Source: Patescibacteria group bacterium
GTDB taxonomy: Bacteria > Patescibacteriota > Gracilibacteria > UBA1369 > PNNO01
Reading direction: 5' to 3'
Assembly (NCBI GenBank): GCA_042568205.1
Contig: JBHPJE010000007.1
Location: 35 to 64,034, forward strand
DNA: 64,000 nt
In this document: one piece after another, positions 63,796-64,000 of the stretch
Layout of the letters: each line of letters starts with the position of its first letter
How positions within the stretch are numbered: the stretch's first letter is position 1
Translations under genes and position numbers: made by a program
Notes under the pieces: model-generated
What the model was told of the DNA's origin: nothing
The model's input: the letters and a program-made list of their open reading frames with translations, nothing else
Database searches by the model: none

Positions 63796-64000
63796 TCCAA
63801 TACCTAATTCCTGCAGCATTTTCATTCATTTTAACGCTAATTTTGACTTATATAGCGCTAAAATTATTCCCAAAGTGGAAAATGATGGATCGTCCGCATA
63901 AGTATGGGCTTAAGCGTAAGCCGATTCCATATTATGGAGGCTTAATTTTTGTATTTGTGTTTATTCTAGGCACTCTTTTGTTTGTTCAACTTGATATTCG
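63792..64000 (+). CDS. glycosyltransferase family 4 polyprenyl-phosphate sugar-1-phosphate transferase (WecA/TagO/MraY family), 5' partial
   Basis: Hand translation gives MIQYLIPAAFSFILTLILTYIALKLFPKWKMMDRPHKYGLKRKPIPYYGGLIFVF. This carries the D-x-P-x(5)-K-x-K-P-x-P-x(2)-GG motif. The start overlaps the truB stop (ATGA), and the ORF runs off the window. Confidence 0.7.
   Translation, partial: MIQYLIPAAFSFILTLILTYIALKLFPKWKMMDRPHKYGLKRKPIPYYGGLIFVFVFILGTLLFVQLDI

Overview
This is an AT-rich bacterial window that uses the standard genetic code. TGA, TAA and TAG all act as stops, for example the TGA of the 578-aa oxidoreductase gene at 2520-2522 and of truB at 63793-63795. Genes are tightly packed, with many 1-26 nt overlaps. 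By eye, start codons are almost never preceded by a Shine-Dalgarno sequence.

I call about 60 protein genes, most of them housekeeping:
- pdxS/pdxT
- a flavodoxin plus 2-oxoacid:ferredoxin oxidoreductase operon
- a 2-Cys peroxiredoxin
- gmk, overlapping a tRNA-Gln
- groES/groEL behind a CIRCE operator
- pyrH-frr-rseP
- dnaA, rny, a RelA/SpoT-family gene, recO, ftsX, gatCA, glnA, holA
- an archaeal-type tpiA
- hpf, murE, truB
- a membrane pyrophosphatase

Several traits together suggest a small-genome Patescibacteria/CPR-like bacterium. These are the archaeal-type TIM and RibL-like enzyme, the OFOR plus flavodoxin, the LTD/SLH/DUF3048 envelope proteins, the giant orphan ORFs and the lack of SD sequences. 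This placement is inference, not proof.

The most unusual content is:
1. A 10.2-kb three-gene operon (48203-58440, minus strand). It encodes a 2,024-aa Lys-rich protein with no recognisable domains, a 176-aa membrane-anchored protein and a 1,188-aa acidic secreted protein. The first two end in the same C-terminal motif, TEGxGNL.
2. A ~630-bp ORF-free, GC-rich RNA island (32368-32994) behind a consensus promoter. It holds two perfectly folded tRNA-like genes with aberrant anticodon arms: an initiator-type body with anticodon AGG, and a Pro-type body with a 19-nt anticodon loop region. It also holds a 229-nt helix-closed element.
3. A second ORF-free structured region (5433-5935), with a three-helix junction, intrinsic terminators and two strong SD-like purine tracts.
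4. A GC-rich interspersed repeat carrying a reiterated GAGCG-N(1-3)-AGCGA motif.
5. A P-type ATPase homologue that has lost the phosphorylated Asp and other core motifs.

I saw no CRISPR array, transposase, integrase or rRNA.
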